A DNA stretch of 64,000 bases, from the NCBI GenBank assembly GCA_050173015.1, contig JBFXLE010000002.1:1-64000 (forward strand), written 5' to 3'. Made by a program: the position numbers and the translations under genes. This DNA is from Calditrichaceae bacterium. GTDB lineage: Bacteria > Calditrichota > Calditrichia > Calditrichales > JBFXGD01. Every line of letters starts with the position of its first letter. Position 1 is the stretch's first letter. Below are positions 50,696 through 61,080 of the stretch, in pieces. The notes beneath the pieces were generated by a model that was given only the letters and a program-made list of their open reading frames with translations, was not told the origin of the DNA and searched no databases.

Positions 50696-51058
50696 CTATA
50701 AAAAGGTTCTAACCTCATTTATTAAAGTTTCGTTTTTCACAGGTTTAGTAAGGTAGGTTTCAGCGCCTAACCCAATAGCCTTTTTTTTCTCGGGCGGGAA
50801 ATTTTTCCCAGACAGTATAATAACGGGAATCGTGGCAATCTCCGGGGTCTCTTTTATTTTCCTTAACAAGGTCAAACCATCTATTCCGGGCATCATAATA
50901 TCCAGAAGAATGACCTTCGGAGGATCATTTAGAATTGAATTAATCGCCACTGTTGGGTCGCTTAAAAAGCGGGAAGTGATACCCGATGATGTAAAAAGAC
51001 GAACAATATTTTTAATTTGAATTTCACTGTCGTCAATTATTAATATCTCTGTCATCAA
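50696..51058 (-). CDS. Single-domain response regulator
   Basis: IIDD, LLDIMMP.IDG, YLTKP. Confidence 0.92.
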   Translation of the reverse strand: MMTEILIIDDSEIQIKNIVRLFTSSGITSRFLSDPTVAINSILNDPPKVILLDIMMPGIDGLTLLRKIKETPEIATIPVIILSGKNFPPEKKKAIGLGAETYLTKPVKNETLINEVRTFL

Positions 51059-51145
51059 GTTAATTCTCCCTGATGCATTTATTTCAGAATCATTGAGTAC
51101 AATGAATTAAAAAGAGATACCGTAAATCTTAAATTTCATTGGTAC

Positions 51146-51188
51146 AGTATAGAGCCGCAAGTTTCACATTGTTGTGACATGTCTCACA
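51146..51188 (-). promoter_or_regulatory. CRP-type site with class II promoter geometry
   Basis: TGTGA-CATGTC-TCACA at 51173-51188 and minus-strand TATACT at 51151-51146. Confidence 0.7.
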
Positions 51189-52991
51189 CTAGAATTTAGA
51201 AGCTAATTTACGTTGATGCTCCAGTTCGGCAATCTCTTTTCTCACAAGCGTTAATTCTCTTGTATAGTGTAACACTGATTCGTCAGAATTTGCCTCGACT
51301 TTAATCAGAGTGCTAAATTCGGCGGCTTTTTTCTCCAGCTGCCATTTTTTTAACTGATAGAGGCAGTCGGCAATAAATTTAGAACTGTCCGGCAATTCAC
51401 TTACAACAAGTTTTGATGTCAGTTCCCGGATTTCAAGGTCGTCTATAGAATCAAGCAGTTTTGTGATATCAATGGCGCCATGTTCCTCCAATTCGTTCAT
51501 AATATGATCAAAAAGCAGGATGAATTCGTCATTTTCGAACATTTCACGCGTTGATTGCGCGATAATATAATTTTTTGAATCTTCTGAACCGGTCAAAAGC
51601 AGCCCTATCAGGCCTTCTTCAGCTTTATAGATTCCTCTGTGGACACGGGTTTTCTTTTTGGGAGCGGGAGCGGCCTCGTCTTTTTTATATTTTTGTCCTT
51701 CCCGTTTCAGTCTGTTGAGCTGTCCAACCAGTAAATTTTCATTAATATCGAGCCTGTCGGATATCTGATGCAGATATAAGCCAACCTTAATCTGATTGGT
51801 AATTGCGCTTAAATTTTGCAGAACCGATTGAATAAATATGTCTTTTTGTTCAAGAGATGGATCCGGATTGGCATTAAAAAATGAATTTATCTGAAACTCT
51901 ATGGGAAGAGTTTTCTTTTTTAATAAATTTTCAAATTCTTTCTGTCCGTATTTTAGAATAAAAGTATCCGGATCTTCTGATTTTGGCAAAGGGATAATGT
52001 ACGAATTCAGATCCTCGGCCTCAATGATGTTCGCGTTTCTGATGGCCGCTTTTACACCGGCTTCATCTCCGTCATAAGCGATATAAACTTCCCGGCAGTA
52101 GCGGCGAATTAATTTTGCCTGTTGCGGCGCTAATGCTGTTCCGCTGCTTGCGACCACGTTCTTTATACCTGAATCAACCAGCCTTAACAGATCAAAATAG
52201 CCCTCTACAAGTATGACAAATCCATTTTGCCGGATACTGGTGATAGCCTGATGTAATCCATAAAGAAGCTCGCTCTTTTTATAAATCGGGCTCTCGGGAC
52301 TGTTGAGATATTTCGGCTGTTGTTCCTCTTTGAGCTTCCTGCCTCCAAAACCGATGACTTTTCCGCTTAAATTGTAAAATGGAAATATGATCCGGTGGCG
52401 AAATTTATCATAATAATCGTTGCCCGAATCTTTTTTCTGAATAAGACCTAACTCTGATGCCTGCTTTAGATCAAGTTTGTTTTTTTTGAGCTCGTTAAGA
52501 GTTTGGTTAAAAGAATCGGGCGCGTAACCAAGACCGAAATCCCGGATGGTTTCCGGTGAAATTTTACGATTCAGGAAATAATCCAGAATTTTTTTGTTTG
52601 CGGGGGAGTTTAGTTTACGGATGAAATATTCCGATGTGATCCGGTTGATCATAAAAAGCTGTTGGAATAAGGTGGTCTCTTCCTTATCATACTCATCAGC
52701 CGGCATTGAAATCCCGGCGAAATCGGCTGCCTTCCTGATGGCGTCCGGGAAGTTTAGTTTCTCATAATCCATAATGAAGGTGTAAATATTTCCGCCTTTT
52801 CCACAGCCGAAACAATGAAATATTTGTTTTTCCGGATTGACAGTAAAAGAAGGTGTTTTTTCCTGATGAAAAGGACACAGACCTTTATGATTCACACCGG
52901 TCTTTTTGAGATTAACAAATTGTGATATGTAATGTACGATATTGATTGAAGTTCGGATTTCATCAATTTTGTCTTCAGAAATTTTACCCAT
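51189..52991 (-). CDS. dnaG: DNA primase
   Basis: CPFH.EKTPSF, HCFGC, KYLNSPE, VEGYFD, YDGD.AG. Confidence 0.97.
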   Translation of the reverse strand: MGKISEDKIDEIRTSINIVHYISQFVNLKKTGVNHKGLCPFHQEKTPSFTVNPEKQIFHCFGCGKGGNIYTFIMDYEKLNFPDAIRKAADFAGISMPADEYDKEETTLFQQLFMINRITSEYFIRKLNSPANKKILDYFLNRKISPETIRDFGLGYAPDSFNQTLNELKKNKLDLKQASELGLIQKKDSGNDYYDKFRHRIIFPFYNLSGKVIGFGGRKLKEEQQPKYLNSPESPIYKKSELLYGLHQAITSIRQNGFVILVEGYFDLLRLVDSGIKNVVASSGTALAPQQAKLIRRYCREVYIAYDGDEAGVKAAIRNANIIEAEDLNSYIIPLPKSEDPDTFILKYGQKEFENLLKKKTLPIEFQINSFFNANPDPSLEQKDIFIQSVLQNLSAITNQIKVGLYLHQISDRLDINENLLVGQLNRLKREGQKYKKDEAAPAPKKKTRVHRGIYKAEEGLIGLLLTGSEDSKNYIIAQSTREMFENDEFILLFDHIMNELEEHGAIDITKLLDSIDDLEIRELTSKLVVSELPDSSKFIADCLYQLKKWQLEKKAAEFSTLIKVEANSDESVLHYTRELTLVRKEIAELEHQRKLASKF

Positions 52992-53118
52992 TCGGTTCAG
53001 GACCTTCGCTTGACATAAATTTTCAATTTGTATAAATTTTAAAACTAATAATATTTCCAGATGGAATGTAACCATAATTACTAAATGAATAAAGAACTAA
53101 AACCTTGAAGGGAGAAAA

Positions 53119-53418
53119 ATGTCTGCTTCTCAGCAAAAACAGATTAATATTGAACTGGGTGATTCAGAAGCCGAGGGGATTTACAGTAACCTTGTAGTGA
53201 TAAGTCATTCTCCCGCGGAGTTTATTTTCGATTTTACCAGGATAGTACCCGGAAAACCAAAAGCAAAGGTTTACTCTCGGATCATTATGGCCCCGCAGCA
53301 CGCAAAATCTCTGGTTCGCGCTCTGGAAGAAAATTTAAAAAAGTTTGAATCACAATTTGGTGAAATCAAAATGCATGTAGTAGATCCAAAAACGAAAAAT
53401 ATAGGTTTTCAGGAATGA
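53119..53418 (+). CDS. DUF3467-like protein
   Basis: AEGIYSNL..ISHS..EF..DF, SRIIM.PQHAK. Confidence 0.8.
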   Translation: MSASQQKQINIELGDSEAEGIYSNLVVISHSPAEFIFDFTRIVPGKPKAKVYSRIIMAPQHAKSLVRALEENLKKFESQFGEIKMHVVDPKTKNIGFQE

Positions 53419-53728
53419 TTTTGAGCAGATGCCGATAAAATGCGGGATTAACCCATTATTTTAAATCGTGTAAATTTATATAAGTACGTTCTTATGGCAG
53501 TTGCATAATTGATGAGTATTATGTAATTTTCCCAACTATTTAAAGTTTAAAATTGCTTCGGAAATCTGTGAATATGATAATCAGATTGACAGGATTTCCG
53601 GTAGGCCCGAAGAATGTGTTGTTTTTAGAATTACATCTTTTGTTTTCTTTACACAACTCAAGGACTATAACAAAACGGTTGCCTGCGTTCAGCAATAGCT
53701 ATCACCCACAGGCGAGATGGGAGGCAAA

Positions 53729-54424
53729 TTGAAGTTAACACCAATTGAAATCCGCAAACAGGAATTTAAAAAAGGATTAAGAGGCTACGATTCTGTTGAA
53801 GTGGAAACCTTTCTCGAATTGGTGGCGAATGAATATGAAGCTGTTCTTCATGAGAATGAACGTCTCGGTAAACATATCACTTCACTTGAAATGGAATTAA
53901 AGAATTTTAAAGAAGTCGAAAAAACGCTAAAACAGACGCTGTATAACGTGCAGGAAACGACACAACAGTCAAAAGAGAATTCTCAAAAAGAAGCCAGCCT
54001 GGTAAAAAAAGAGGCTGAACTCGCGGCGACACAGATGATTGAAACAGCGCGCATAGAAGTAAACAAGATGCGGGATGAAATCATCCAGCTTAAGAATCAG
54101 AAGGGATCACTGATTTCACGATTGCGGCATCTGCTCTCTTCAGAGATAGAACTTCTTGAAGTACTGGAGTTGGATGACCTTGACCGTTCAAAGCTAAAAG
54201 ATAAATCACGAAAACCGGCGCCTCCAGTTCGGGAAAAAGAGAAAACCACACCTCCGGTGAGCACTGAAAGACCAAAAAATAATCCACCTACGGCAACAGA
54301 TCCAGAGCCTAAAAAAACAGAAAATCCGGAGAAAGACAAAGAGAAAAAAGACAAAGAAAAGGGTGGAGATTTTTTTAAAGATATATTTGGCGATAATATT
54401 GATATCGATGAGTTTTTAAAATAG
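53729..54424 (+). CDS. divIVA: DivIVA domain protein
   Basis: LTPIEI..QEF.K.LRGYD..EV..FL, coiled coil, Pro/Lys-rich tail. TTG start after GGGAGG. Confidence 0.9.
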   Translation: MKLTPIEIRKQEFKKGLRGYDSVEVETFLELVANEYEAVLHENERLGKHITSLEMELKNFKEVEKTLKQTLYNVQETTQQSKENSQKEASLVKKEAELAATQMIETARIEVNKMRDEIIQLKNQKGSLISRLRHLLSSEIELLEVLELDDLDRSKLKDKSRKPAPPVREKEKTTPPVSTERPKNNPPTATDPEPKKTENPEKDKEKKDKEKGGDFFKDIFGDNIDIDEFLK

Positions 54425-54427
54425 GGA

Positions 54428-55075
54428 ATGGCAATGAAGAAGCTAATAATCTGGGTGTTTAGCGTCATAATTGTAATTGTTTTAACCGGATGCGCAGGTA
54501 GTAAAAGTGTCAATCGCGAAAATCCAAAATCACTGACATCCGCCAAAATATCTTTACAGGATGGCACGACGAGGGAAGGAATTATTCTTAAGCGCGATGG
54601 CAGCAAGCTTATCTATGTTGATTCCGGGTCCCATAGTAAAGAAACACTGGGCTATGAAAAGATCAGTAAAATTGAAAAATCCGATCAGATATATGATTTT
54701 GAAGCTTACGCGATACCACTATCCACGGTTAAGGAATATGAACGTTCTAACCGTATTTTTTCCTACGCCGCGGGTGGATTCATCCTTGGAACGGCGCTTG
54801 GGACCGGTGTGGGTATCTCGTTAATTGCTTCGGACGTTGATATAAAAATGCCTGTCCCGATGGCGGTTTTTGGAATCACGGGCGCCTATTATTTCGGTAA
54901 ACTTGGATCAAAAAGAGCGTTTGAAGACGCTGTTTATGAAGCTCAAAAATTTCGTTATGAAATAAGCAAAGAAAAGAGAGCCCGACTGATTAATGATGAA
55001 AAAAACAAGCTGAAAGAGCAGCAGAAGCAGAAGGAAGAGCTTTTAAAGAGACTTGAAGAAAAAGGAAAAGAATAA
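54428..55075 (+). CDS. Hypothetical lipoprotein
   Basis: Lipobox LTGC, Gly-rich hydrophobic hairpin, coiled-coil tail. Confidence 0.7.
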   Translation: MAMKKLIIWVFSVIIVIVLTGCAGSKSVNRENPKSLTSAKISLQDGTTREGIILKRDGSKLIYVDSGSHSKETLGYEKISKIEKSDQIYDFEAYAIPLSTVKEYERSNRIFSYAAGGFILGTALGTGVGISLIASDVDIKMPVPMAVFGITGAYYFGKLGSKRAFEDAVYEAQKFRYEISKEKRARLINDEKNKLKEQQKQKEELLKRLEEKGKE

Positions 55076-55076
55076 G

Positions 55077-55919
55077 ATGGAATTTGATATTGATGTATAT
55101 CGTAAGCAGATCGCGGAAGCAGAATCTTATATCAGGAAACACAGCAAAGTTTCTCCTCAGATTGGGATTATTTTAGGCACCGGTCTTGGCGGATTGGTTA
55201 AGGAGATCGATATAATTGATGAGATTCCTTATCATGATATTCCTCATTTTCCGGTTTCAACTGTTGAGAGCCATGAGGGCAAGCTGATTCTCGGGTCTCT
55301 CGGCGGTAAGCAGATTCTGGCTATGCAGGGACGCTTTCACTATTACGAAGGCTACTCTATGACACAAATCACGTTCCCTGTCCGGGTGATGCATAAATTG
55401 GGAATCAGAACGCTGCTGATTTCGAATGCCTGTGGGGGAATGAATCCGCAATATCGTAAAGAGGATTTGATGCTGATGGATGACCATATCAATCTGTTGG
55501 GAACAAATCCGCTGATGGGTCCGAATATGGATGAATTCGGTCCGAGATTTCCGGATATGTCCGAACCCTATTCAAAAAAGCTCATCGCTCTCGCGGAGAT
55601 GATTGCCCTGGAGAACAAAATGAAGCTCCAGAAAGGCGTTTATGTGGCAGTTACCGGACCTAATCTGGAAACCCGCGCGGAATACCGGTTCCTGAGAGCC
55701 ATTGGCGCGGATGTTGTCGGTATGTCAACGGTCCCGGAAGATATAGTTGCCGTTCATATGGGGATGGATGTTCTTGGTATTTCTGTAATTACAGATGAAT
55801 GTTTTCCTGATTCTCTGCAGCCCGTTGATCTTGAAGAGATTATAAAAGCCGCTAATGGAGCGGAACCAAAACTAACCTTTTTGATGAAAGAAGTAGTCAG
55901 GCGCCTGGAGCTGGCGTAG
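55077..55919 (+). CDS. Purine-nucleoside phosphorylase
   Basis: [33 protein letters not shown]. Confidence 0.95.
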   Translation: MEFDIDVYRKQIAEAESYIRKHSKVSPQIGIILGTGLGGLVKEIDIIDEIPYHDIPHFPVSTVESHEGKLILGSLGGKQILAMQGRFHYYEGYSMTQITFPVRVMHKLGIRTLLISNACGGMNPQYRKEDLMLMDDHINLLGTNPLMGPNMDEFGPRFPDMSEPYSKKLIALAEMIALENKMKLQKGVYVAVTGPNLETRAEYRFLRAIGADVVGMSTVPEDIVAVHMGMDVLGISVITDECFPDSLQPVDLEEIIKAANGAEPKLTFLMKEVVRRLELA

Positions 55920-55972
55920 ATCCAGGCCATATTAATAATTAAAATAAATGTAAAAAGTATACAGGTACAAGA

Positions 55973-58900
55973 ATGTTTAATGAATTTTCGAGCAAAGCAA
56001 GCATACCCGAACTTGAAGAAAAGATTTTAGAGTATTGGAAGAAGGAAAATATATTCAAAAAGAGTCTGGAGAAGAACGAAGATGGACCCAATTTTGTTTT
56101 CTTTGAGGGTCCGCCGACGGCGAATGGACGACCGGGAATACATCATGTGATGGCACGTACGGTAAAAGATATCGTCTGCCGGCACAAAACGATGAAAGGT
56201 TTCTATGTTAACCGTAAAGCCGGATGGGATACTCACGGGCTTCCGGTGGAAATTGAAGTTGAAAAACTGCTGAAAATCAACGGTAAAGAGCAAATAGAAG
56301 AATACGGTGTCGAAAAATTCAATAATATGTGCCGTCACAGCGTTTTTAATTATAAAAATGACTGGGATTCGCTCACTGAGAGAATCGGATACTGGCTGGA
56401 TCTGGATGATCCGTATATCACTTTCGAAAATGATTATATCGAATCCGTCTGGTGGATTTTAAATGAATTTTGGAAGAAGAATCTGATTTATCAGGGCTTT
56501 AAAATTTTACCTTACTGCCCGCGTTGCGAAACGCCGTTAAGCAGTCATGAGGTATCTCAGGGTTACAAGGAGATCAAAGATCCTTCTATTTATGTGCGGG
56601 TGGAGCTAAAAGATGAACCGGGTACGTATTTTCTGGTTTGGACAACAACTCCCTGGACACTGATATCAAATGTGGCCCTGGCCGTAAATCCGGATGTGGA
56701 TTATGTATTGCTTGAGCACGCTGATGAAAAATACATCATGGCCGAAGCGAGAATCGGCGATTTGTTTGAAGCCGATTCATATAAGATTCTGAAATCTTTC
56801 AAAGGATCAGAACTGGAAGGAAAAAATTATAAACAGATTTTCAGTTTTGTTCCTGTTGAAAAGAAAGCGTTCTATGTCGGTCTTGCTGATTTTGTGACAA
56901 CCGAAGACGGCACGGGCATTGTGCATATTGCCCCCGCCTTTGGCGAAGATGATTATCAGTTCGGGAGGAGATACGATCTTCCGGTGGTTAGACCGGTCAA
57001 TGCCCAGGGGCGATTCACGCCTGAAGTGACCGATTATGCCGGAATTTTCGTAAAGGATGCAGACGAAAAAATTATAAGCGATCTCAGAGGTAATGGAATA
57101 TTAGTCAAAAAATTAAAAATAGAGCATAGCTATCCCCATTGCTGGCGCTGTCAGTCACCGCTTTTATATTATGCGCGTGAATCCTGGTATATAGAAACTT
57201 CGAAGTTCAAAGAAAACCTTCTGGAAAATAACGATAAAATCAGTTGGTATCCGAAGGAAGTGGGGGAAGGGCGTTTTGGTGAATGGTTGAAAAATAATGT
57301 GGACTGGAGCCTCTCGAGAGACAGGTACTGGGGCACACCTCTGAATATCTGGGTGTGTGATGATTGCGAACATAAAACAGCAATCGGGTCGATTAACGAG
57401 CTCTTTGAAAAGGCTGTTAATCTGGAAGAGAAAGATAAAGAGAAGATTGATCTTCATAAACCGTATGTGGATGATATTAAAATAAAATGCGAAAAATGCG
57501 GTAAAGAGATGCACCGTGTTCCGGAAGTTATTGATTGTTGGTTCGACTCGGGCAGCATGCCGATCGCTCAATGGCATTATCCGTTTGAAAATAAAGAGAT
57601 TTTTGAAAAGAATTTCCCGGCTGATTTTATTTGTGAAGGAATAGATCAGACGAGAGGCTGGTTTTATTCGCTTTTAGCGATTTCAACATTACTTTTTGAT
57701 AAACCGGCTTTCAAAAATATCGTTGTAAACGAACTGATCCTTGATAAGTCGGGTCAAAAAATGAGTAAATCCAAAGGTAACGTCGTTGTCCCTGAAGAAA
57801 TGATCCAAAAATTTGGAGCGGATCCTATACGCTGGTATTTGATGACGGTTTCTCCGCCATGGATTCCAAAAAAGTTTGATACTGATGGTGTGGCTGAAGT
57901 TCAGAGAAAATTTTTTAACACACTGATAAATACGTACTCGTTTTTCCTGTTGTATGCCAATATTGATCAGTTTGACCCTGAAGCTCCGCAGGTAAGCATC
58001 GAAAAACGTCCGGAAATAGACCGATGGATAATTTCGAAGCTTTATACACTCATAAATCAGGTCGAGGAATATATCAATAAATTCGATCTTACTAAAGCGG
58101 CCAGGGCAATATCGGATTTTGTGATTGATGATGTATCCAACTGGTATGTCCGCAGAAACAGGCGCCGGTTTTGGAAATCGGATGAAGGCACTGATAAACT
58201 CAGCGCGTATCAGACGCTTTATGAAGTTTTGATAACAATTTCTAAACTTATCGCCCCTTATGCGCCGTTTATCAGCGAAGAGATTTTTATGAATCTGAAC
58301 AGGGATAAAAGTCTGGCAAGCGTACACCACGCGCGTTATCCCGAGGTTACCGATGAGATGCGATCAGCAATCGACAGCGACCTGGAAAAGAAAATGGATC
58401 TTGCGCAAAATATAGTCACCGCGGCGCGGTCATTAAGAAATGAAGCGCTTATTAAAGTACGTCAGCCTCTTTCCGAGATACTCATTGTACCGGCGACTAA
58501 ATCTGAAAAAGATCACATAATGTCGATGCAGACAATTATCTGTGAAGAACTAAACGTAAAGCAGCTGCGATTTATAGATGATGCGTCATTAATTGTAAAT
58601 TTGAAGGCGAAACCCAATTATAAAACTCTTGGATCCAAGGCGGGAAAATTGATGGGCAGACTGGCTGAAACAATCAATAATTTTGAACGGCCGCAGATAA
58701 AATCTTTTATGGATAACGGATATGAGCATGTACTGATTGACGGACATGAATTCCGGCTCGAGACCGAGGATGTGGAAATACTTTCAGAATCAAAAGAAGG
58801 GTATGTAACCTATAATGACAGGGATTTGACATTGGCCCTGAATACGGTACTGACTGAAGACCTGATTGAGGAAGGTTTGGCCAGAGAGTTTGTTAACCGG

Positions 58901-59125
58901 ATTCAAAATTTGAGAAAAGACGCCAGTTTTGATGTGACCGATCATATTAAAATCGAGATCGGGTCAGTATCCGAAGAACTCTCTGCCGCGATAAAGAATC
59001 AGAGAAAATACATCTGCAATGAAACTCTTGCGGATATAATTGAGTTCTCAGCTATAAACGCGGAATACAAAAATGAAATTGTTATTAATAAAGAAACTTT
59101 TGTAGTTGGATTAAGTAAAAACTAG
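55973..59125 (+). CDS. ileS: Isoleucyl-tRNA synthetase (type 2, GIHH motif)
   Basis: EGPPTANG.PGIHH, GWDTHGLP, WTTTPWTL, DQTRGWF, KMSKS. Confidence 0.97.
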   Translation: MFNEFSSKASIPELEEKILEYWKKENIFKKSLEKNEDGPNFVFFEGPPTANGRPGIHHVMARTVKDIVCRHKTMKGFYVNRKAGWDTHGLPVEIEVEKLLKINGKEQIEEYGVEKFNNMCRHSVFNYKNDWDSLTERIGYWLDLDDPYITFENDYIESVWWILNEFWKKNLIYQGFKILPYCPRCETPLSSHEVSQGYKEIKDPSIYVRVELKDEPGTYFLVWTTTPWTLISNVALAVNPDVDYVLLEHADEKYIMAEARIGDLFEADSYKILKSFKGSELEGKNYKQIFSFVPVEKKAFYVGLADFVTTEDGTGIVHIAPAFGEDDYQFGRRYDLPVVRPVNAQGRFTPEVTDYAGIFVKDADEKIISDLRGNGILVKKLKIEHSYPHCWRCQSPLLYYARESWYIETSKFKENLLENNDKISWYPKEVGEGRFGEWLKNNVDWSLSRDRYWGTPLNIWVCDDCEHKTAIGSINELFEKAVNLEEKDKEKIDLHKPYVDDIKIKCEKCGKEMHRVPEVIDCWFDSGSMPIAQWHYPFENKEIFEKNFPADFICEGIDQTRGWFYSLLAISTLLFDKPAFKNIVVNELILDKSGQKMSKSKGNVVVPEEMIQKFGADPIRWYLMTVSPPWIPKKFDTDGVAEVQRKFFNTLINTYSFFLLYANIDQFDPEAPQVSIEKRPEIDRWIISKLYTLINQVEEYINKFDLTKAARAISDFVIDDVSNWYVRRNRRRFWKSDEGTDKLSAYQTLYEVLITISKLIAPYAPFISEEIFMNLNRDKSLASVHHARYPEVTDEMRSAIDSDLEKKMDLAQNIVTAARSLRNEALIKVRQPLSEILIVPATKSEKDHIMSMQTIICEELNVKQLRFIDDASLIVNLKAKPNYKTLGSKAGKLMGRLAETINNFERPQIKSFMDNGYEHVLIDGHEFRLETEDVEILSESKEGYVTYNDRDLTLALNTVLTEDLIEEGLAREFVNRIQNLRKDASFDVTDHIKIEIGSVSEELSAAIKNQRKYICNETLADIIEFSAINAEYKNEIVINKETFVVGLSKN

Positions 59126-59153
59126 ACTTTCCATATATTAGGAGAAAGTGAAT

Positions 59154-59528
59154 ATGGACAAGAAGAAGACTGAGTTTTTCAAGGATTTGCTTTTAAAAAA
59201 ACGCGTTGAGATCGCAAAAAATATTGATTATTTGCGAAACGTGGTCCTTGATTCCACGACCAAGGAAGCATCCGGTGACCATTCATCTTACTCGTATCAC
59301 ATGGCGGATCAGGGAACTGATGCCATGGAACGGGAGAAGGCCTTTTTATTCGCGTCGAGAGATGAGAAGTATTTAAAACAAATTGAAGACGCGCTCGCCC
59401 GTATTGAAAACAAAACATTTGGTATTTGTCGTTCCTGTGGTGAAGAGATAGGACTGGAAAGACTTGAAGCGGTCCCGACAACAACAATTTGTTTTAACTG
59501 TAAAGTTGCCGAATCGAAGAGAAGATAA
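59154..59528 (+). CDS. TraR/DksA-family C4 zinc-finger protein
   Basis: HMADQGTD, AL.RI, CRSC...RLEAVP...CFNC. Confidence 0.92.
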   Translation: MDKKKTEFFKDLLLKKRVEIAKNIDYLRNVVLDSTTKEASGDHSSYSYHMADQGTDAMEREKAFLFASRDEKYLKQIEDALARIENKTFGICRSCGEEIGLERLEAVPTTTICFNCKVAESKRR

Positions 59529-59537
59529 GAAAGCAAA

Positions 59538-60113
59538 TTGAAGAAAATGTATAAAAAAATTTCCCTGACTTTCATGGCTGTTACCATCATTTGCATTGTT
59601 ATCCTTGATCAGGTTACGAAACTAATTACGAAGACTTCTATGTATCTGGGAGAATCCATACCGGTTATCGGTAATTTCTTTCGATTTACTTATGTTGAAA
59701 ATCCGGGAATCGCGTTTGGAGTCCGCATAGGCAACCCTGTTGTTTTTATGGGACTCTCATTCTTTGCGGCAGGTCTGGTCTTCTATTATCTCTATCGTTT
59801 CAGAAATGAAGGGTGGCCCGTACAGTTGTCTCTCTCTTTTATATCAGCCGGCGCGATAGGTAACCTTGTGGACCGGGTGATTTACGGCAGAGTAATAGAT
59901 TTTATGGATTTTGAATTTTTTGATATTAATATTCCGCCGTTTTCTTTGCTCAGTTATCAGTTTCAGGGTTATGGCATGGATCGCTGGCCGGTTTTTAATG
60001 TTGCCGATATGGCGGTAACCGGCGGTATGATTCTTCTATTGTTCTATATGCTTTTTTTGCCAAATCCCGTTACATCTTATCAGAAAACGATTTCTGAATC
60101 TTCAAATGGCTAA
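59538..60113 (+). CDS. lspA: Signal peptidase II
   Basis: DQVTK, N.GIAFG, GAIGNLVDR, VFNVAD. Confidence 0.96.
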   Translation: MKKMYKKISLTFMAVTIICIVILDQVTKLITKTSMYLGESIPVIGNFFRFTYVENPGIAFGVRIGNPVVFMGLSFFAAGLVFYYLYRFRNEGWPVQLSLSFISAGAIGNLVDRVIYGRVIDFMDFEFFDINIPPFSLLSYQFQGYGMDRWPVFNVADMAVTGGMILLLFYMLFLPNPVTSYQKTISESSNG

Positions 60114-61080
60114 AATAAAAAACCTAAAAATCGAATCTCATTTTTCCGGAATCCGTCTGGATCATTTTCTTACGGAAAAATTTGTAGATGAATCAAGATC
60201 TCATCTGTCAAAGCTTATTAAGAGCGGATATGTTCTTGTAAATGGCCAGACAGTTAAGAGCGGTTATATACTTTCGGAAAACGATCAAATCAGTATTGAA
60301 TTTCATGAAGAGAGTACGGATCTCTCACCGGCGGATATCCCTCTGGAAATCATCTTTGAAGACAATAACATCATTGTCATCAATAAACCAGCGGGAATGA
60401 CAGTGCATCCCGGCAAAGGCACCGCCGGCGACACCCTCGTGAACGCGTTAATTCACCATTCAACCCACCTTGCTTTGTCAGGTAAAAGTGACCGGCCGGG
60501 AATTGTGCATCGCCTGGATAAAAACACATCAGGACTTCTGGTCATCGCCAAAAATGATAAAACGCATCGCGCTCTGAGAACACAATTTGACAAAAAAACA
60601 ATTTCCAGAATCTATTGGGCGCTGGTCTGGGGAAAGTTTGATGTAAAAGAAGGAACGGTTGAAACTTTTATTAACCGCAGTAAAAAAGATCCGACAAAAA
60701 TGACAGTAACCGCATCAGGACGGGTTGCAATTACCCACTACAAAGTACTGAAAGAATTTGAATATTTTTCTTTGCTTGAATTAAAACTAGAAACCGGACG
60801 GACCCATCAAATAAGGGTGCACATGAATTATCTGCATCATCCGATAGTTGGTGACCCGGATTATCACGGACGGGATTCACAGTTAAAGCATCTCCCGTCA
60901 AATCTGAGAAAAAGAGGCGTACATCTGCTGAAACTGGTGCCTTCTCAGTTTTTACACGCTAAAGAATTGAATTTTTTGCATCCTTCAACTAATGAACCCA
61001 TGCACTTTGAGTCAGACTTGCCTCAAAATTTATCCGATGCTCTTCAGAAATTACCGCAACTTTTTTTATTGGAAGATTAA
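60106..61080 (+). CDS. RluA/RluD-family pseudouridine synthase
   Basis: S4 domain, NKPAG, HRLDKNTSG, TGRTHQIRVH. Confidence 0.95.
   Translation: MAKIKNLKIESHFSGIRLDHFLTEKFVDESRSHLSKLIKSGYVLVNGQTVKSGYILSENDQISIEFHEESTDLSPADIPLEIIFEDNNIIVINKPAGMTVHPGKGTAGDTLVNALIHHSTHLALSGKSDRPGIVHRLDKNTSGLLVIAKNDKTHRALRTQFDKKTISRIYWALVWGKFDVKEGTVETFINRSKKDPTKMTVTASGRVAITHYKVLKEFEYFSLLELKLETGRTHQIRVHMNYLHHPIVGDPDYHGRDSQLKHLPSNLRKRGVHLLKLVPSQFLHAKELNFLHPSTNEPMHFESDLPQNLSDALQKLPQLFLLED

Noticed and set aside
55920-55972. T-box riboswitch before ileS
   Set aside because: The gap is only about 50 bp and lacks a T-box motif.
10438-58330. Long antisense ORFs (e.g. 10438-10935, 12832-13449, 46339-46854, 54097-54606, 57689-58330)
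   Set aside because: They lie opposite well-supported genes and have no motifs of their own.
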